Below are positions 49,977 to 63,548 of a stretch of 64,000 nt of DNA, in pieces. Made by a program: the position numbers and the translations under genes. Position 1 is the stretch's first letter, and the number at the start of each line of letters is the position of its first letter. Source of the DNA: Lepidodermella squamata (lineage: Eukaryota; Animalia; Gastrotricha); contig JBLDXI010000018.1 in assembly GCA_047495785.1 (NCBI GenBank), positions 372,001 through 436,000 on the forward strand. Direction: 5' to 3'. The notes under the pieces were generated by a model. The model ran no database searches, was not told the origin of the DNA, and was given only the letters and a program-made list of their open reading frames with translations.

Positions 49977-52013
49977 ACTAATTCATTTCCAATTTTATGA
50001 TATAGAAAATTATCTAATATTATTATTATTATCTAATCTTCTTTCTCTCGACGAGTCTCTCATCAGCATTGAAAATTTATTTACGAAGCGAAAAACCGGT
50101 TTAAAAATGATTAATTGTACAATAAAAAAATTCTTGCCGGATGATTTGTACAAACGTTGACCCTGCAAATTTAATCCGGAATCTTCTACGACCCCGCGTC
50201 CACTCTTCTCTCTACATCTCTCTCTTGTGTTGTGTCTTTCCGGTGCAGACTTCAGAATCAATCGGTTGAAAGAGCACGAAAAATGTAATTGGTGGTACAA
50301 TTAACATAATATAGCGAGATTTCCGACTCAACTTAAATTGCTTTACTTTTCACTTTTTCCCATGAAAATTGATAATTATTTTTCAATGTCGTTGTGCCTC
50401 TGCCTGGTGTCAAGTGCTAAAAACTCACGTACATATTAATTTGGTGACATTATTTTACCTGCTGGGTAGCTTTTTTGTATAGCCTCATGTTGCGATATAA
50501 TTTCAATTTAAGCTGAATGAAAATGGTCTGTTATTTCTTCGAATCCTCTTTGTTTTGCTGCAAATGTTTTTATCGACTGCGAGAATTGTTGTAATATTAT
50601 TTTGAAAATGCGTTACTATTTTTCATTCGGCGAAAACTTGTTGTTTCTTACTTTACTATGTGGCATGCACTTTTATTGCTGCGCTTCGTATGGCAAAAAA
50701 AACATTGTTGGAATAAAATTCTGAGTTCGACTTGACAGTTCAAGCGCGTTTTTTCAAGCGAGTCTATTAGCTGGGCAGAATTATGAATGAGAGGAAATAA
50801 GATCCGGATGAGTGCTGAAGCTACATGTATTGATTGCCTGATTACGTGAAGGGAGAGGCTCGCAGAATTACGAGCTCAACAAAGAGAAATCTCCATTCGA
50901 AAAGCTGGAAGAGACATTCATAAAATCGATAAAAGTGTGGGATTTCCTCTGCCTAAATGTTGCGCGACTCTTTGGCTTGACCATTCACGTCCGCTGCGAT
51001 TACAGAATGTAAAAAGAACTCCCTCCTCCGGAAACTCGAAATTTCGAGAATAAAAAACAACATGACTTGTGGAATTTCCGCCTTTCAGTCGAATCGCTTT
51101 TATAGCTGAAATCTGCGGTCTTCGGATTCAGCATTGAACAAAACAACTGAAGGCATGATTCCCCAGGGACCTCGCGAATCTATCGCGTGCGTCAAGAGCG
51201 CTTGAAAAAACGGCAACGTCATTTAAATCACGGCTAATCTCCCTCGGCGGTTATAAATAATAATAATAACAAGCCAAAATTACCACGCATTGAAATAAAA
51301 CACCCGCGACACATGATTCGTCCATTTTTTATTTCCGATTTTTTCAATAATTATATAATAATATTCATTATAGAAGATGATCGCGCACTTCCAAGTATAT
51401 ATAATAATCGATCGATCGATAAAACCTGATTGATTTAAAGATTTTCCAAACGTAACCAAAATCGATGTATTATTATATTACGTAATCGTACATGACAACT
51501 TGATGATGCGAGAATGAATGCTTGTTGTTTTGTATGTTTGGACACGTAAATTTTTACGAAAAAACGACGCACGAAGGCACGAAAACGGCGACTATGGACA
51601 CTCGCAGACAAATCACAACAATGATTCATTTTTCAACCTCATCCTAAGCTCTATTATCATCATATTTATCATGGACGGCGTTCGCTTCATCATCAAGTTT
51701 TTGTCATCATCTCATCACCTAGTTTAACAGACGTTGAAAAAAAGACGCGACTAAAAGACGTCAATTATAGCTTGTTAAGTAGCTTTTGGATACAAGAATA
51801 GATGAATATAGGTATTAATCTGGAGCCGCGCGCAGCATCATCGGACGATCGAAAAAGACTAGAACGCAACGCGAGTGAGAAAAATAAAAACAGCCGCGAT
51901 TGATTTGAAAATTATGTAAAAATCGAAGTTCGCTCGCCAACGCATTCGCTAGAATAGCAATAATAATAATAATAATAGTTATAATATTAATGGGAGACGT
52001 GTGTTAGAGTTGT

Positions 52014-52015
52014 CA

Positions 52016-52047
<32 letters not shown>

Positions 52048-52250
52048 TTGCCTCTATCAGACTAATCAGCCGCGTTTTAATGAAAACGCGAACGTGGGCG
52101 GGGATGCCCGACAGGTGCGCATCGCGAACGAATGGTTTTAGCATTATTTTCTTATTAAACAGTATCATTATGCAAAAAATTGCGCAGGTAAAACAGGATA
52201 ACAACTCAAGCGATGATGATGATGAATAGAAGAGAGAGAGAGAGAGAGAG
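52014..52250. repeat. Microsatellites: (TCG)n at about 52017-52046 and (GA)n at about 52231-52250, in the inferred synaptotagmin 3' UTR
   Basis: Directly visible tandem repeats. Confidence 0.9.
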
Positions 52251-53151
52251 AATTTCACGTAGCTATGAAGATGATGATGATTAGTCGCAAAAATATAAAA
52301 GAGAATACGTGATTACACCAGGTACATTCAGTATGTATGTGTTGTAGGGTCAAAACTCAGGGGTTCATGATGTTTAAGAGTTATCGATAATACACAAAAG
52401 GAGCTTCAGATTCTTCATCCGTCAATTATGACAAAATGCCGACGTAAAAACCGGGCTTTCACTTTTTACGTATTACATGATGTGATGTATAATATTCTTC
52501 TTCATGCTGAAGAACCTCGCTGCTGAAGTAGGGCGGGGCGGCGACGAGTACTTCTTAAGTGCTGATGTCTATCTCGCGAGAGAGGAAAAAACGGAGAGAG
52601 AGCGTGAGAATAATAATAATCCGATAGGCGACATCGCGCAGGGAAAAAACCGAAATCGATTGTGATGATGATTTTTTTCTAAAAGCACACAACAAAAGGA
52701 TTAGCGAGTCTCTTTTACAGTTTAGTAATATATAGGTTTAGTAGTATATATTCAAGGTAAATCGATCACAGGATGCTGCTCCTTCCCAATCAGTGATGTG
52801 AAAAGGTCAACGCAGAGTTATTCGATGTAATAATATGATAATGATAATAGCATGAGATCATGATGATGATGATGTGTTGTCACCTTCGGAATGGCGCGAG
52901 AAAAATCATCGTAAAAACCGGCTAGGCCCTAGTGTCTTAAATCGATTGACTGATTGATTCATAGATAGATCGTTTTTTTATACACAACAATTCAGACAAG
53001 AAATAGAACGAGTTTTGTATGTATGTATAACGAGAAGCTCAAAAAAGAATAAAACGCGAAGTTGGACGCGTAATAGTACTTGTTGTATGAGGCGGCGATG
53101 AAAGAGGGTTATGATAGGAGGAGGGTGTGCGGCGGTGGCGACGCGTCCCCG

Positions 53152-54519
53152 CTAGTCACCGCCCTCCTTCTCCTCGACCTCCTGCAGCGTGTGCCACTGC
53201 GCGATCGGGCGGCGCGGGTTCGCGAGCATGTCCTGCCAGTGGCGCAGCTCGGCACCCTGCGCGCCGTTGCCGACGACGATGCGGCCGATGGGGTCGGAGG
53301 TGCCGATGCGGTCGTAGTCGACGACGGTGATGATGAGCTGCGTGCGGTGGATCTGCTCGAAGGGCACTTCGAACGTGAACGACTCGTTGTAGTACGGGTT
53401 CAGCGTGCACATCTTGATGGTGGTCTTCTTTTTCTTCACCCGCTTGCCGTTTTGCATCAGGTAGATCTTGACGTACGGGTCTGACAGCCCGCCGACGTCC
53501 ATCTTCTTGAGGTTCTTCGCCTCGAGAATCACCACCGTCAGCTTACCGGATGTAGGGACGTAGCGCAGCGAGAAGCACAGGTCGCCCAGCTTCTGCTCCT
53601 GCTTGTCGAGGTCGGGCGGCCCGACGTCGCGCCACTCCTCGATCGTCGAGCCGAGGTCGACCGAGTTGAGGGCGACGTGCACCTGCCCGATCTGGTCGTG
53701 CTTCGAGAAGCGGTCAAAGTCGTAGATGGCCATGACGAGCGTTTTCGACGCCACCTCGTTGAACGGGATCTTGAACACGAACGTCTCGTCGAAGACGGGG
53801 TTCAGCGTTTTGCGGTGCACCTTCGTCTCGAACTTTTTCTTCTTGTCCGGCAGGATGTAGAGCTTGACGTATGGGTCCGACGTGCCGCCCATGTCCATGG
53901 CGGGCAGGTCCTGCGCCTGCACGACCGTCACCGACAGCTCGCCCTTCTGGATGTCGTAGTCCATCTTGAAGTTGAGCTTGCCGAGGTACTCCTGCTCCTT
54001 CTTCTCGCCCTCGGCCTCGCCCGTCTCGTTCGTCTCCATGTTGGCGGTGAGCAGCTGCGTGTCGGCGGCGCCCTTGCCGCCCATCGCAAGCGGGCCCATG
54101 TCCTTCATGTCCTTGTCGCCCTTCTTCTTGTCCTTCTTGAACAGCTTCGTGAAGAAGCGCTTGCACAAACAGAATATCACCAGCAGGATGAGCACGACCA
54201 CGCCGAGCACGATGGCGACGATCGCCCACATTGGAAGCGGAATTTTCTTCGCCACGTTCATCAGCTCCTTCTTCATTTTGTCGCCGGCGCCGGCGGCCGC
54301 CGACGTTGTCGCGCCCTTGCCGCCCTTACCGCCCGCCGACGGCTCCGGCCCTCCGTCGTCGCCCTCCTCGTCGTCGTCCATCGGCATCGTGGTCGTGAAG
54401 CGAGCGCCCGGCGCCCCCACCATGCGCGCCGTCGTCGCCGAGTTGTGCAGCACCCGCGCGCCCATGCCCGCCGAGCGGCGCACGATGTTCAGAAACACGG
54501 CCTCGTCGTCGACGCTCAT
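53152..54519 (-). CDS. SYT1: Synaptotagmin-1 (intronless CDS, 455 aa)
   Basis: Single TM; C2[12 protein letters not shown]...[10 protein letters not shown]; C2[21 protein letters not shown]; C-terminus [12 protein letters not shown]. Confidence 0.96.
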   Translation of the reverse strand: MSVDDEAVFLNIVRRSAGMGARVLHNSATTARMVGAPGARFTTTMPMDDDEEGDDGGPEPSAGGKGGKGATTSAAAGAGDKMKKELMNVAKKIPLPMWAIVAIVLGVVVLILLVIFCLCKRFFTKLFKKDKKKGDKDMKDMGPLAMGGKGAADTQLLTANMETNETGEAEGEKKEQEYLGKLNFKMDYDIQKGELSVTVVQAQDLPAMDMGGTSDPYVKLYILPDKKKKFETKVHRKTLNPVFDETFVFKIPFNEVASKTLVMAIYDFDRFSKHDQIGQVHVALNSVDLGSTIEEWRDVGPPDLDKQEQKLGDLCFSLRYVPTSGKLTVVILEAKNLKKMDVGGLSDPYVKIYLMQNGKRVKKKKTTIKMCTLNPYYNESFTFEVPFEQIHRTQLIITVVDYDRIGTSDPIGRIVVGNGAQGAELRHWQDMLANPRRPIAQWHTLQEVEEKEGGD

Positions 54520-57519
54520 TGCTGCTGCGGGCTCGATAGAAGCATAAAAGGTCGGTATAACAAAACCAAAACGTAGGTAGTAGGTAGTAGGTAGAAGGTA
54601 GGAAGGTATCTAAAAACGGCACGCGCTAGTTTCGATGTTCACACACTCGAAACGCGCTATTCACATAAAATTACAACCTAGAAAATACAAGAAGTAAAAA
54701 CAATGATATAACTATAGCGAAAATGTCAATAAAAAAGATTCGATGACAAAAAAACGCAGCAATCACGTGTTCGAACAAAGGCCTAATATTTACCCAGCAG
54801 CAGCAGCAGCAGGCTGAATAGGTATAATTTATTTATAATCAATAAAATGCGGTCACACGGACAAAAAGAGACAATTTTTTGAGCTAGAAGCCAAAATTTT
54901 CCAGTTCGGGTTTTAGATTGATGCTGCGATTGCGAACAAATCGAACTAATCGAAATTTTCCGATAAAATTGAAAGTTCAGTAAAAGATAGGAGGGTGGTT
55001 AAAAACCGGGGTTTCAATCAATTCGGGATTCTTCTAGTTTAAATTAGATAAAATTGGATTTGAAAAAGCGTTCCTGCTACCCAGAAACCGACGCCTGGCT
55101 TCCCGGTCAAAATTATGATCAACTTGATTGCTTACAAAACAGCCTAAAACAAGGTCAAACTGCCGTAGTATCGAGGTGAGGAATGCATTCTCGAGGAGCC
55201 AAGGACACAAAATTAATCGCAGACAACTAATTACGCATGACGACGTCTGAATGACTCATCGCGATCAAAAAAATCATGCTGGTGGTTGAAAATGATACCG
55301 GAAATTCGAATTTTTTCTGCTGAAGCGATGGCGATGAAAATTGCGGTATATGAATTTGTTTAATTATTTACGGGCGTTGGTGGCATTGCGTAATAAGGAG
55401 GGTCGCCATCAAAACGAACAGATGTGGGGGTGACAATAATAATAGCTGCTAGTTGGGCGACAACGGCGCCGGGAAGGCAGCCGGAAGGCGCGAAACTTGA
55501 AACGCTACAGGCTAGGCAAGCGTCGGAAACACCAAACAAGCAATCATCGTCGTCGTAATAAAACAATAACAACAACTACTCTCAGTTATTAAAGCGTTGC
55601 GTCGAGAAGTGGTCATCGTCATCGTCGTCATCTATCAGCAGTCATCATCGACTGATTTGATTTTCAGCCGAAATCTCGCGTTCTATCTCTCTCTATGCGT
55701 ATGCGTATGTGATAAAGTCAGAAAGCAGTCAGAGGAGTAAGAACCTATAAATATTGGCGATAATGATGATGAGTGTGGCGCGATTGTCGAAAAATAGCGA
55801 GTCGTCGTCGTCGTCATTTTCAGGCATATAAAAATGGGCTTATTTATAACTATACTATACTATTATTATTGTAGCGAGTATGAGATTCGATGCCTGCTGC
55901 AGCACGAGTGACATGGCGCTGCATGCCTGCATAAATTGACGACGACGACGACGGCGGCGAGGAAGAAGACGGGAAGAAATAAGACGAGCGAGCGAGCGAG
56001 TGAGCCAGCTGAGCCGAGCTGACTGCCTGCCGCCACACGACTAATATTAACGGAAAATAATAATGGCGCTAATAATATAATGGTAATAAAATGCTGCTGC
56101 TGCTGCCGAACCATGACTGCTGACTGACTGCAAAGAACGCGAGCGACATTTTCTGAAGAGCCGAGCCCGTGTTTGAAATGCAATAACGAAAAATGCAATA
56201 AGCGATATCGATCGATTGCTCGCATATACTCGCGTTTTTATTAGTATCGGCGCGCGAACCAACGAGCGAGCGAGCGGCTCAAAGTTGTAAATGCGCGCGC
56301 CTACTCGGCTATGCGTAAAGCAAATGCGACGGCGGTGAAAAAATCGATCACCCGCCACACACTAATAATAACAATAAATTATAGTACCGTGTGTGTGTGT
56401 GAGCGCGCGCGCGGGCGAGCGGTCGGCTGCTGTAATAATAATAATAATAATATATAAATTCCGCGCGAGCAGTGCAAATGCGGAAAAAATTCGTCGAGTG
56501 ATGAACCGGCGAAGAAAAAATTCGTAAATTGTAGCCGTCGTCTTATCGATCGATAGGCGCGCGCGCGCATAGAGGATATTACATCGCGATCGATGCGTGA
56601 CGAAAAACAAGCACTGGCGAAAAAAAGCTGATGTGACATCGATCGGCGGGCGCGGCTTTTCAGAATCAAACGCGCGCGCGCAGGTCTCATCGATTATTTG
56701 CAATTTATTTAATGCTATTAACACAGCCGCCCCTCATACATATAGCCGTTGTTATATTAGGAATACAGAAAATCCACCGAAAAATGAGTGCCGTTGTGCT
56801 TCGATTTTTTTTCATGCAACTTCTTAATCACAAATCGGCCCCCACTGAGACAGAGCGGAAGTCGATTATTATGACGAGTGGAGTTTCGAGGCCCAGGCGA
56901 AAAAAATTGCGACAAAGGTGGAGGAAAAACAAAGCACTCTTATCGCCTCTGCACACCTTGTCCCGATAAGGAAAACAACACACTTTAGTCAACTCATTAG
57001 TTAGTTGCCAGCGCACGGACACACTTGATGCATAAGTCAATAGAGGTTATCGAAATAATTGCGATAAAAACAGGTTTTTTTATAGCATCGTTTAAAAAAT
57101 AATGTAAGCCAAATCTGGATTCGAGGAATTTACGTGGCCTGCCCACAATATAAGAGTACTTTTTGAAGTAATGGGTAGGGCTGATCCAATTGATCGTTTT
57201 GCGATGCATAAACTGCTTAGGTAAATCAAGTTCTAGCTAATCTGATCCTGATTGACTAATGAGCTGCTGAAAATAACTGCCGAGCTGAAATCGATTTGTG
57301 ATCATCCTGCAGATTTCTATCTAATGTATGACTTCTAATTGTGAAAACAGAAGCCATCAGGCCAAATGATTAACGGAATTCTCGGGCTCGTGGATCGAAT
57401 CATGAATCAAAATGTCCAACTTCATCAGCAAAACACTACGAAAAAGCACCCCAAAATTGAACAAGAATTTTATTCGAATGCGAAACTGATAAACTGTATA
57501 AAAACACAACAAAAGCGTT

Positions 57520-58038
57520 TCACGTTGGCTCTGGCGGCGGTGCTCGACGTTTGACACCTGGCTTCAGGAAACTGTGGCCCGGCAAACGCCTCGGAATTTG
57601 AGACCCTGCGCCAGCTTTGCTCGCAACATTCATTGGCGACGAAGTAACCGGTCGATTTATAAGAGCTCGCGTCGATTCCTCGAGGCTGGTTAGCCGGTTC
57701 ATTTCACTCTTCGCTAGCACGTTCAATGCTCTCGACAGAACGTCGATCTTCACATTCGTATCGCCCACTTCCGCACATGAAAAACTGCAGATTTTCGGTT
57801 TTGTCAAGTTAAGTTCCTGTTTCGAATCAATTTCAACGAGGCAACCTTCGCCTAGTTTGATTTCGTTGTCATTATTTATGACTGAATCAGGCCCGGTCAA
57901 CGAGTAAGTCGACGCATCCTTTGTCAGGTATAATGAACCGGAATGCTTTAAAAGCACACAAATGCCGTCATCTATGCGTACGACGATAGCCATGTAGGCG
58001 GCACTGGCAAACAACAACAAAAATAATAACAGAATGAC
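57520..58038 (-). CDS. Possible terminal exon of an unknown membrane protein (upstream exons unresolved; may be a pseudogene)
   Basis: tttttAG acceptor at 58039-58040, then an open frame starting with hydrophobic VILLLFLLLFASAAYMAIVV; no clean upstream frame could be assembled. Confidence 0.35.
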   Translation of the reverse strand, partial: VILLLFLLLFASAAYMAIVVRIDDGICVLLKHSGSLYLTKDASTYSLTGPDSVINNDNEIKLGEGCLVEIDSKQELNLTKPKICSFSCAEVGDTNVKIDVLSRALNVLAKSEMNRLTSLEESTRALINRPVTSSPMNVASKAGAGSQIPRRLPGHSFLKPGVKRRAPPPEPT

Positions 58039-60433
58039 CTAAAAATTAGGGGGAAATTCAACGTTAATTATTAATCAGGCGTGAATTACACGTGCGCAGT
58101 AAACAATCCGATTGTGTGTGTCAATCAACTTTTGTTTTCACTTCGCTCTTTTCGGATATGTATAAGCTATTTGTACGCAATTTCATCAGACACTGACAGC
58201 TTAAAAAGCATCGAACTATGATCGAGGTCTCTGCCGTGCTCTTTCATGCACATAAAATAAACAAGTCGAACCGGCATAGAGCAGTTGAGGCATGGACAGA
58301 CTCATGAGAAGCTGAGCAGCTGAAGTAAAAATGACAGCGCTATTTTTGAAAACTAACTGACGTGAAGCCGATAGTCCGAGTATCCCAAAGGTAACAAAAA
58401 ATATTGAGACAAGATCATCTTTTGTTAACTGTGATGCTTTGGCCACTACAGACTATAATTGAGTAGCCATTGAAGCGAAGTCGAGTTACCGATTTCGTAC
58501 ATCCGTCATTAGTTATAAAGCCATTTGATGCAGCAAAATTTAGGCCATTAGGGAAATAAATTATAGATTATAGGTACTGAGTTCCCATAATTTGACGGTA
58601 AAAAAATAGGTAGTGCTCACATACACGTGGGTACATGCTAATGCGCGAATACATCGGTACGAGGTCCAAACGGCAACGTATTTTGACTATTTTTTAAATT
58701 CAACTTCTGAGGTGATGGCCGGCAAATAAACCGGCAAACATCGGGAGTTAGCCTAATAACAGAAGGCCTTCACCTCAGCCTGATGCCTTCAGCTAAACTA
58801 GACTACAAAGCGACAACGCGCTTCATAGGAAATAGCCATTGAGTGGGTTGCTGAGGCATGGACGGCTACTGATTCCGAAAGGATGCGCTTGGCATTAGAT
58901 CAACTTATTCAATTTCATCAACTGCTATCAAAGATCTAAGAAGCTGGCTACCCACTCTCGATTCCTCCCACTCTAATGAAGACCCGACACCATCTGAGAC
59001 CGACATGTGGTGCCGAATCCCGCTCGAGTTTATCCAAGTTTTTCGCAAAAGGCTTTCAATCGACCTGTGGGTTTCCCCACCTCTCAACCATTGAGAGACA
59101 ACCATTGAGAGTCATGGCGGCCCACGTGTGCATCCTTTAGCGGCCTCTGCGGATACAACCGTGTCGTCTGCTCAGGTCAACGACGGTGTCACTACTTCAG
59201 CTTGTTAAGATATCCCACCAGAGGCTTCATGCTTATCAAGCCAAGAAGCAGAAGCCAAGAAGCAATAGTAAAACTAAGAAGGTTCAACAACTTTCCCTAA
59301 TGCCGCTTCTGAATCACTGCACATCTGATAAAAGAAAATCTGTCTTTAATAATGCTTGATGTACCCAAAAACATGTAGTTTTTGCGACCATTGCGACCAT
59401 AAAAGGAAAGGTACTTACATGCAATTATCATGAAGCGGTATATAAAACCTATTCTTCATTCTTCACCCAAACAGCCATGTCTTTTTGGAATATTTTTGCA
59501 TCGACGATGACTGCGGGCTCCAATTCTCATCAAGGGCTGGTATGAGATACGAGGCTGTAATGCATGGAGATATCATAGTTATCAGCCGCGAATGTGGAAA
59601 ACGGCGCCGCGACATATAAGAAATTCGAATTTACCGCCACATCCCATTAATTTTTCACCACCAACAAAGCATACAGTTATACCAAGAGCATTAATTGTTA
59701 AATAAAAACTAATTTGAGCAATTCATATTTAATTTTGAAATTCTTAATTTAATGAAGGGCTAGGCGGATGATGTCTCAGAGGGCTGATGATTTGTTTCCA
59801 CGATCATGACTCTCTGCCTCGCTGGAAGAAGGCACGAAACCAAGAAGATGGTTTTTCAGTGCCCCTGTTCCCATGCCCCTAATGACGAAGCGTCCGTTGA
59901 TCTAATCGAGCTTTTCGAGCAAAAAACGACGGTGAACCCCGGACACCCCACTCCGACAGTGTCACCCAAGATCGAACTCCCCTCCTTCCTCATCCGTGGC
60001 TCTAATACCGAACCGTCTGCGCGTAACCTCAAATTATCTGTGACATGCCTTCAACTTCATTCCAAGCCCAGTCCTTACGGCCTGCGGATTCCAAGCCCAG
60101 TTAAATCACCAGAATTGGTGTCAGGGTCTAACATCCATATATTTTATCCCTCGCTCTTCATCTCACCCACAGTGGATCCTTTTGCTTGGCAGGCACCAGC
60201 TCTTTTCTGTCTGCCTGACGCGAACGCAGGTCACGTCTGCGGAATGCGGAATCGATATCCTGGTTTTGCGTTTTGCTTAGTCTTATGTATATGTTATATT
60301 TCGAATGCATTAATCCTTCGCACTTCGCTTTATGCGCCCTGTGCCGCTCTTGCAACTTGCGATAATTCCATTTTACCCTCATAGTATTCATTTCCATTTT
60401 AGTGGTGTCACCTTCTTGTTTAAGGCCTTTGCA

Positions 60434-61084
60434 ATGACTGAAAAGCGTGCCGATCACATTGAATGGGACGAATACTTTATGGCCGTCGCTGTGTTATCAG
60501 CTCGTCGTAGCAAAGATCCTTCAACACAGGTGAATTAAACTCGTCGCAATACCTCTTATCCCCTGCAGCTCTTGTGTCTCGTCTCTTGATTGTTTCAGGT
60601 TGGGGCATGTATAGTCAACGATGATAAGAAAATCGTCGGCATCGGGTACAACGGTATGCCGATCGGCTGCAGTGATGATGCGCTGCCGTGGGGTAAATGC
60701 GACGGAAATTGGCTTAATACAAAATACCCTTACGTCTGCCACGCCGAAATGAACGCAATTATGAACCGCAACTCGGCCGAGTTGAAGGGCTGCATCATGT
60801 ACACTGCGCTGTTCCCCTGCAACGAATGCGCTAAGCTTATAATTCAATCTGGCATCAAACACGTTATTTTCCTGTCAGACAAGAACGCACACAAGCCTGA
60901 ATACGAAGCGTCGAGGAAGTTGTTGAATCTCGCCGGGGTAACCTGCGAGTTGTTTAAATCCGAACGATCTCACATCAATTTGTTGTTCAACGTGCCTGGT
61001 TCTTACATGGAGAAGAAGACCGAGGAGGAGGAGGCTGATCAGGAGAATCTTGTTCAAAAGATCAAAGAAATCTCACACAATTGA
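60434..61084 (+). CDS. DCTD: dCMP deaminase. Exons 60434-60529, 60599-61084
   Basis: [46 protein letters not shown] (Zn-binding motifs). Confidence 0.96.
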
Positions 61085-61167
61085 CACGTGTTGCTCATCT
61101 TTCCATTTTTGTTTTAATGAATTGTTTGACCGGTGCGAAACATTTGTAATGATAGATTGTTTTTAAT

Positions 61168-63046
61168 ATGACATCGAATCCGGTGCCTCAACAGCCCCAT
61201 CCTCAACAACCACACCATCCATTGCCGTTTTCAGCTCGTTACGAAGACTTGTTGTTCCCGTTTTGTGACGACGTCAACGAGAAATACGATAAATTGATAA
61301 AAATCGGCCATGGCACGTTCGGCGAGGTTCATAAGGCAAAGTGTAAAACCACCGGGAAACTGGTTGCGTTGAAAAAGGTGCTAATGGAAAACGAGAAGGA
61401 AGGCTTCCCTATAACTGCCCTTCGAGAGATAAAGCTGCTTCAGCAATTGAAGCACGAAAATGTTATCGAATTGATCGAAGTTTGCCGAACTAAGGCGACG
61501 TCGTACAATCGTTGGAAGTCAGTATTCTACCTGGTTTTCCCGTTTTGCGACCACGATCTCGCTGGGTTGTTGTCAAATAAAGCTGTAATATTCTCACTGG
61601 CGGCGTTAAAGTCGATAATGAAGCAGTTGTTCAACGGGCTGTTTTACCTACATGCGAATAAATGCCTGCATCGCGATATCAAAGCGGCGAATATGTTCTT
61701 GTTGCGAGATGGCATCGTCAAACTTGGCGATTTCGGTCTTGCCAGACCGTTTTCCCTGCCTAAACCAAATGCGCCCAACAGGTGAGTCCGTAAGCTTCAA
61801 TTTATTGAAATGTTCGCACGAATAACATGGTGTATTAGATTGCCGTGAAAGTTTTAAATTGCTGAAAATAAGGAAATCAAGAATCACTATGCCAGTCTTC
61901 GTTTTAAATTTCAGATTTTTTTCAGCCCAGGCTGATTTTTAAATGTTGAGTAACGTAGTTTTGTCCGCTCGTTACATTTGAGTTCAAAATAAGTAGTTGA
62001 TTTCGCCTGTCCACTATTACCCGAAACCCGAAAGAAACCGAATATTTTTGTCTTTCCAAGCATAGAGATTGCAATTTATTGGTTAACGATGTGAAATAAC
62101 TTGTGCTGTTTTGTGACGTAGATATACGAACCGCGTGGTGACGCTGTGGTACCGGCCGCCGGAGCTGTTGCTGGGCGAGCGCAACTACGGCCCGCCCGTC
62201 GACATGTGGGGTGCGGGCTGCGTGCTCGCGGAGCTGTACACGCGCTCGCCGATCATGCAGGGCAACGCGGAGGCGGAACAGCTCAACTACATCGTGAAGC
62301 TGTGCGGCTCGATCACGCCCGAGGTGTGGCCGGGCGTCGAGCAGCTGGAGCTGTACTCCAAGTTCGAGCTGCCGCGCACGAACAAGCGCATCGTCAAGGA
62401 CAAGCTGAAGCCGTACATCAAGGACCACCTCGCGCTCGACCTCGTCGACAAACTGCTCGTCCTCGACCCGAAGTTCCGCCTCGACGCCGATGGCGCGCTC
62501 TCGCACGACTTTTTCTACGAGGTACGAATAAATGATCAACGGTCTTGCTTTTAGCGGAACCAAATTTTGAATCCCAACCCAAATCAATTGAATTTCTCCG
62601 TGATTTTCAGTATTGGGCTTGGTCCTTGCTATTTGAACGCGACGATCTAAAAAATATTCGAAAAGGGCACTATTTAAGCTTGTTTGATGCCAAGTTTTGA
62701 AATTCAAGTCTTTTTTATCTTTATTCATCACCTAATCACCCGTATTTTAATATTTCGGGAATTTCTCCCCGATTTTCGATTCAGCCTGGTCAAGTGATTT
62801 TAATTCATGTTTTAAATATTTTAGGCGCCACTGCCAAATCCTGAGGAGTTGAAGAAGCTGTTGTCGCAGCACAAAATGTCCATGTTCGAGAGCACAGTGC
62901 GGCGGCGACCCGAAGGTCCGCCCGGGCAGATGATGCCGGGCCAGCCGGGTGGGCCGCGACCCGGCGCACCCGGAGCAGCCGGGGCCGGAGGTGCGCGGGC
63001 AGCCAGCAGCATGGTGGGCCAACATGTTTTCGACCGCGTCTACTGA
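61168..63046 (+). CDS. CDK9: Cyclin-dependent kinase 9. Exons 61168-61781, 62122-62521, 62825-63046
   Basis: PITALRE helix (EKEGFPITALREIKLL), NRYTNRVVTLWYRPPELLLGER, C-terminal FDRVY. Confidence 0.96.
62602..62658 (+). repeat. Dispersed repeat fragment shared with 63483-63548
   Basis: gattttcagtatt(g/a)ggcttggtcctt(g/a)ctatttgaacgcgacg...gatctaaaaaa at both sites. Confidence 0.8.
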
Positions 63047-63358
63047 TCGGTTGATCGATCGGTGTTTCATTCCATGCTCGATTCGGTGAATTAACGAATG
63101 ATCTTTCACTATATTGCACTACTACTGAAAATGTACTTTCTCGTCTGGTCGCCGGATGATGGATTATTATCCAAGTTTTTGATATATTTGAAGAAAAGAA
63201 TAAAATTGCTCCTGTTTTATGATGTTGATGTTTTGGCTAAACGGAAGAAAATAATAATTCAGAACCATCAGGTTCCAGTCAGCAGTCAACAATAATTTCG
63301 AACAAACTTCATCCGATTTCAAAATACAGCTTCGTGCTCGTGCCTGCAAGGTTGAACT

Positions 63359-63548
63359 CTAAATTTAGGGTTCCAGCACTGCATTTTCCCAAAATATGGT
63401 TTTCGAGTTTCACGCCTTCCGTGAAATCTAGGTTTTTGTCATCATGCCTAGCCGATAGATCTCCAATTTACGCGTAATTTGCGATTTTCAGTATTAGGCT
63501 TGGTCCTTACTATTTGAACGCGACGTGGTCGTGATCTAAAAAAATATT
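63359..63548 (+). mobile_element. Second copy of the GGGTTCCAGCAC MITE-like family
   Basis: ctaaatttagggttccagcact is identical to 7783-7804; downstream tttcacg / tcatgc / atagatctcc blocks are collinear. Confidence 0.6.

Noticed and set aside
53080-54622. Long antisense and alternate-frame ORFs over Syt1 (likewise over ABCA, tomosyn, PPWD1 and CDK9)
   Set aside because: Shadow ORFs expected from extreme GC3 bias; no independent protein signal.
59757-59845. ggctaggcgg resembling 7SK near CDK9, and CTGATGA...GAAA resembling a hammerhead core
   Set aside because: Only about 10 nt of similarity, no 7SK GAUC stem or 3' hairpin, and hammerhead stems cannot be formed with correct spacing.
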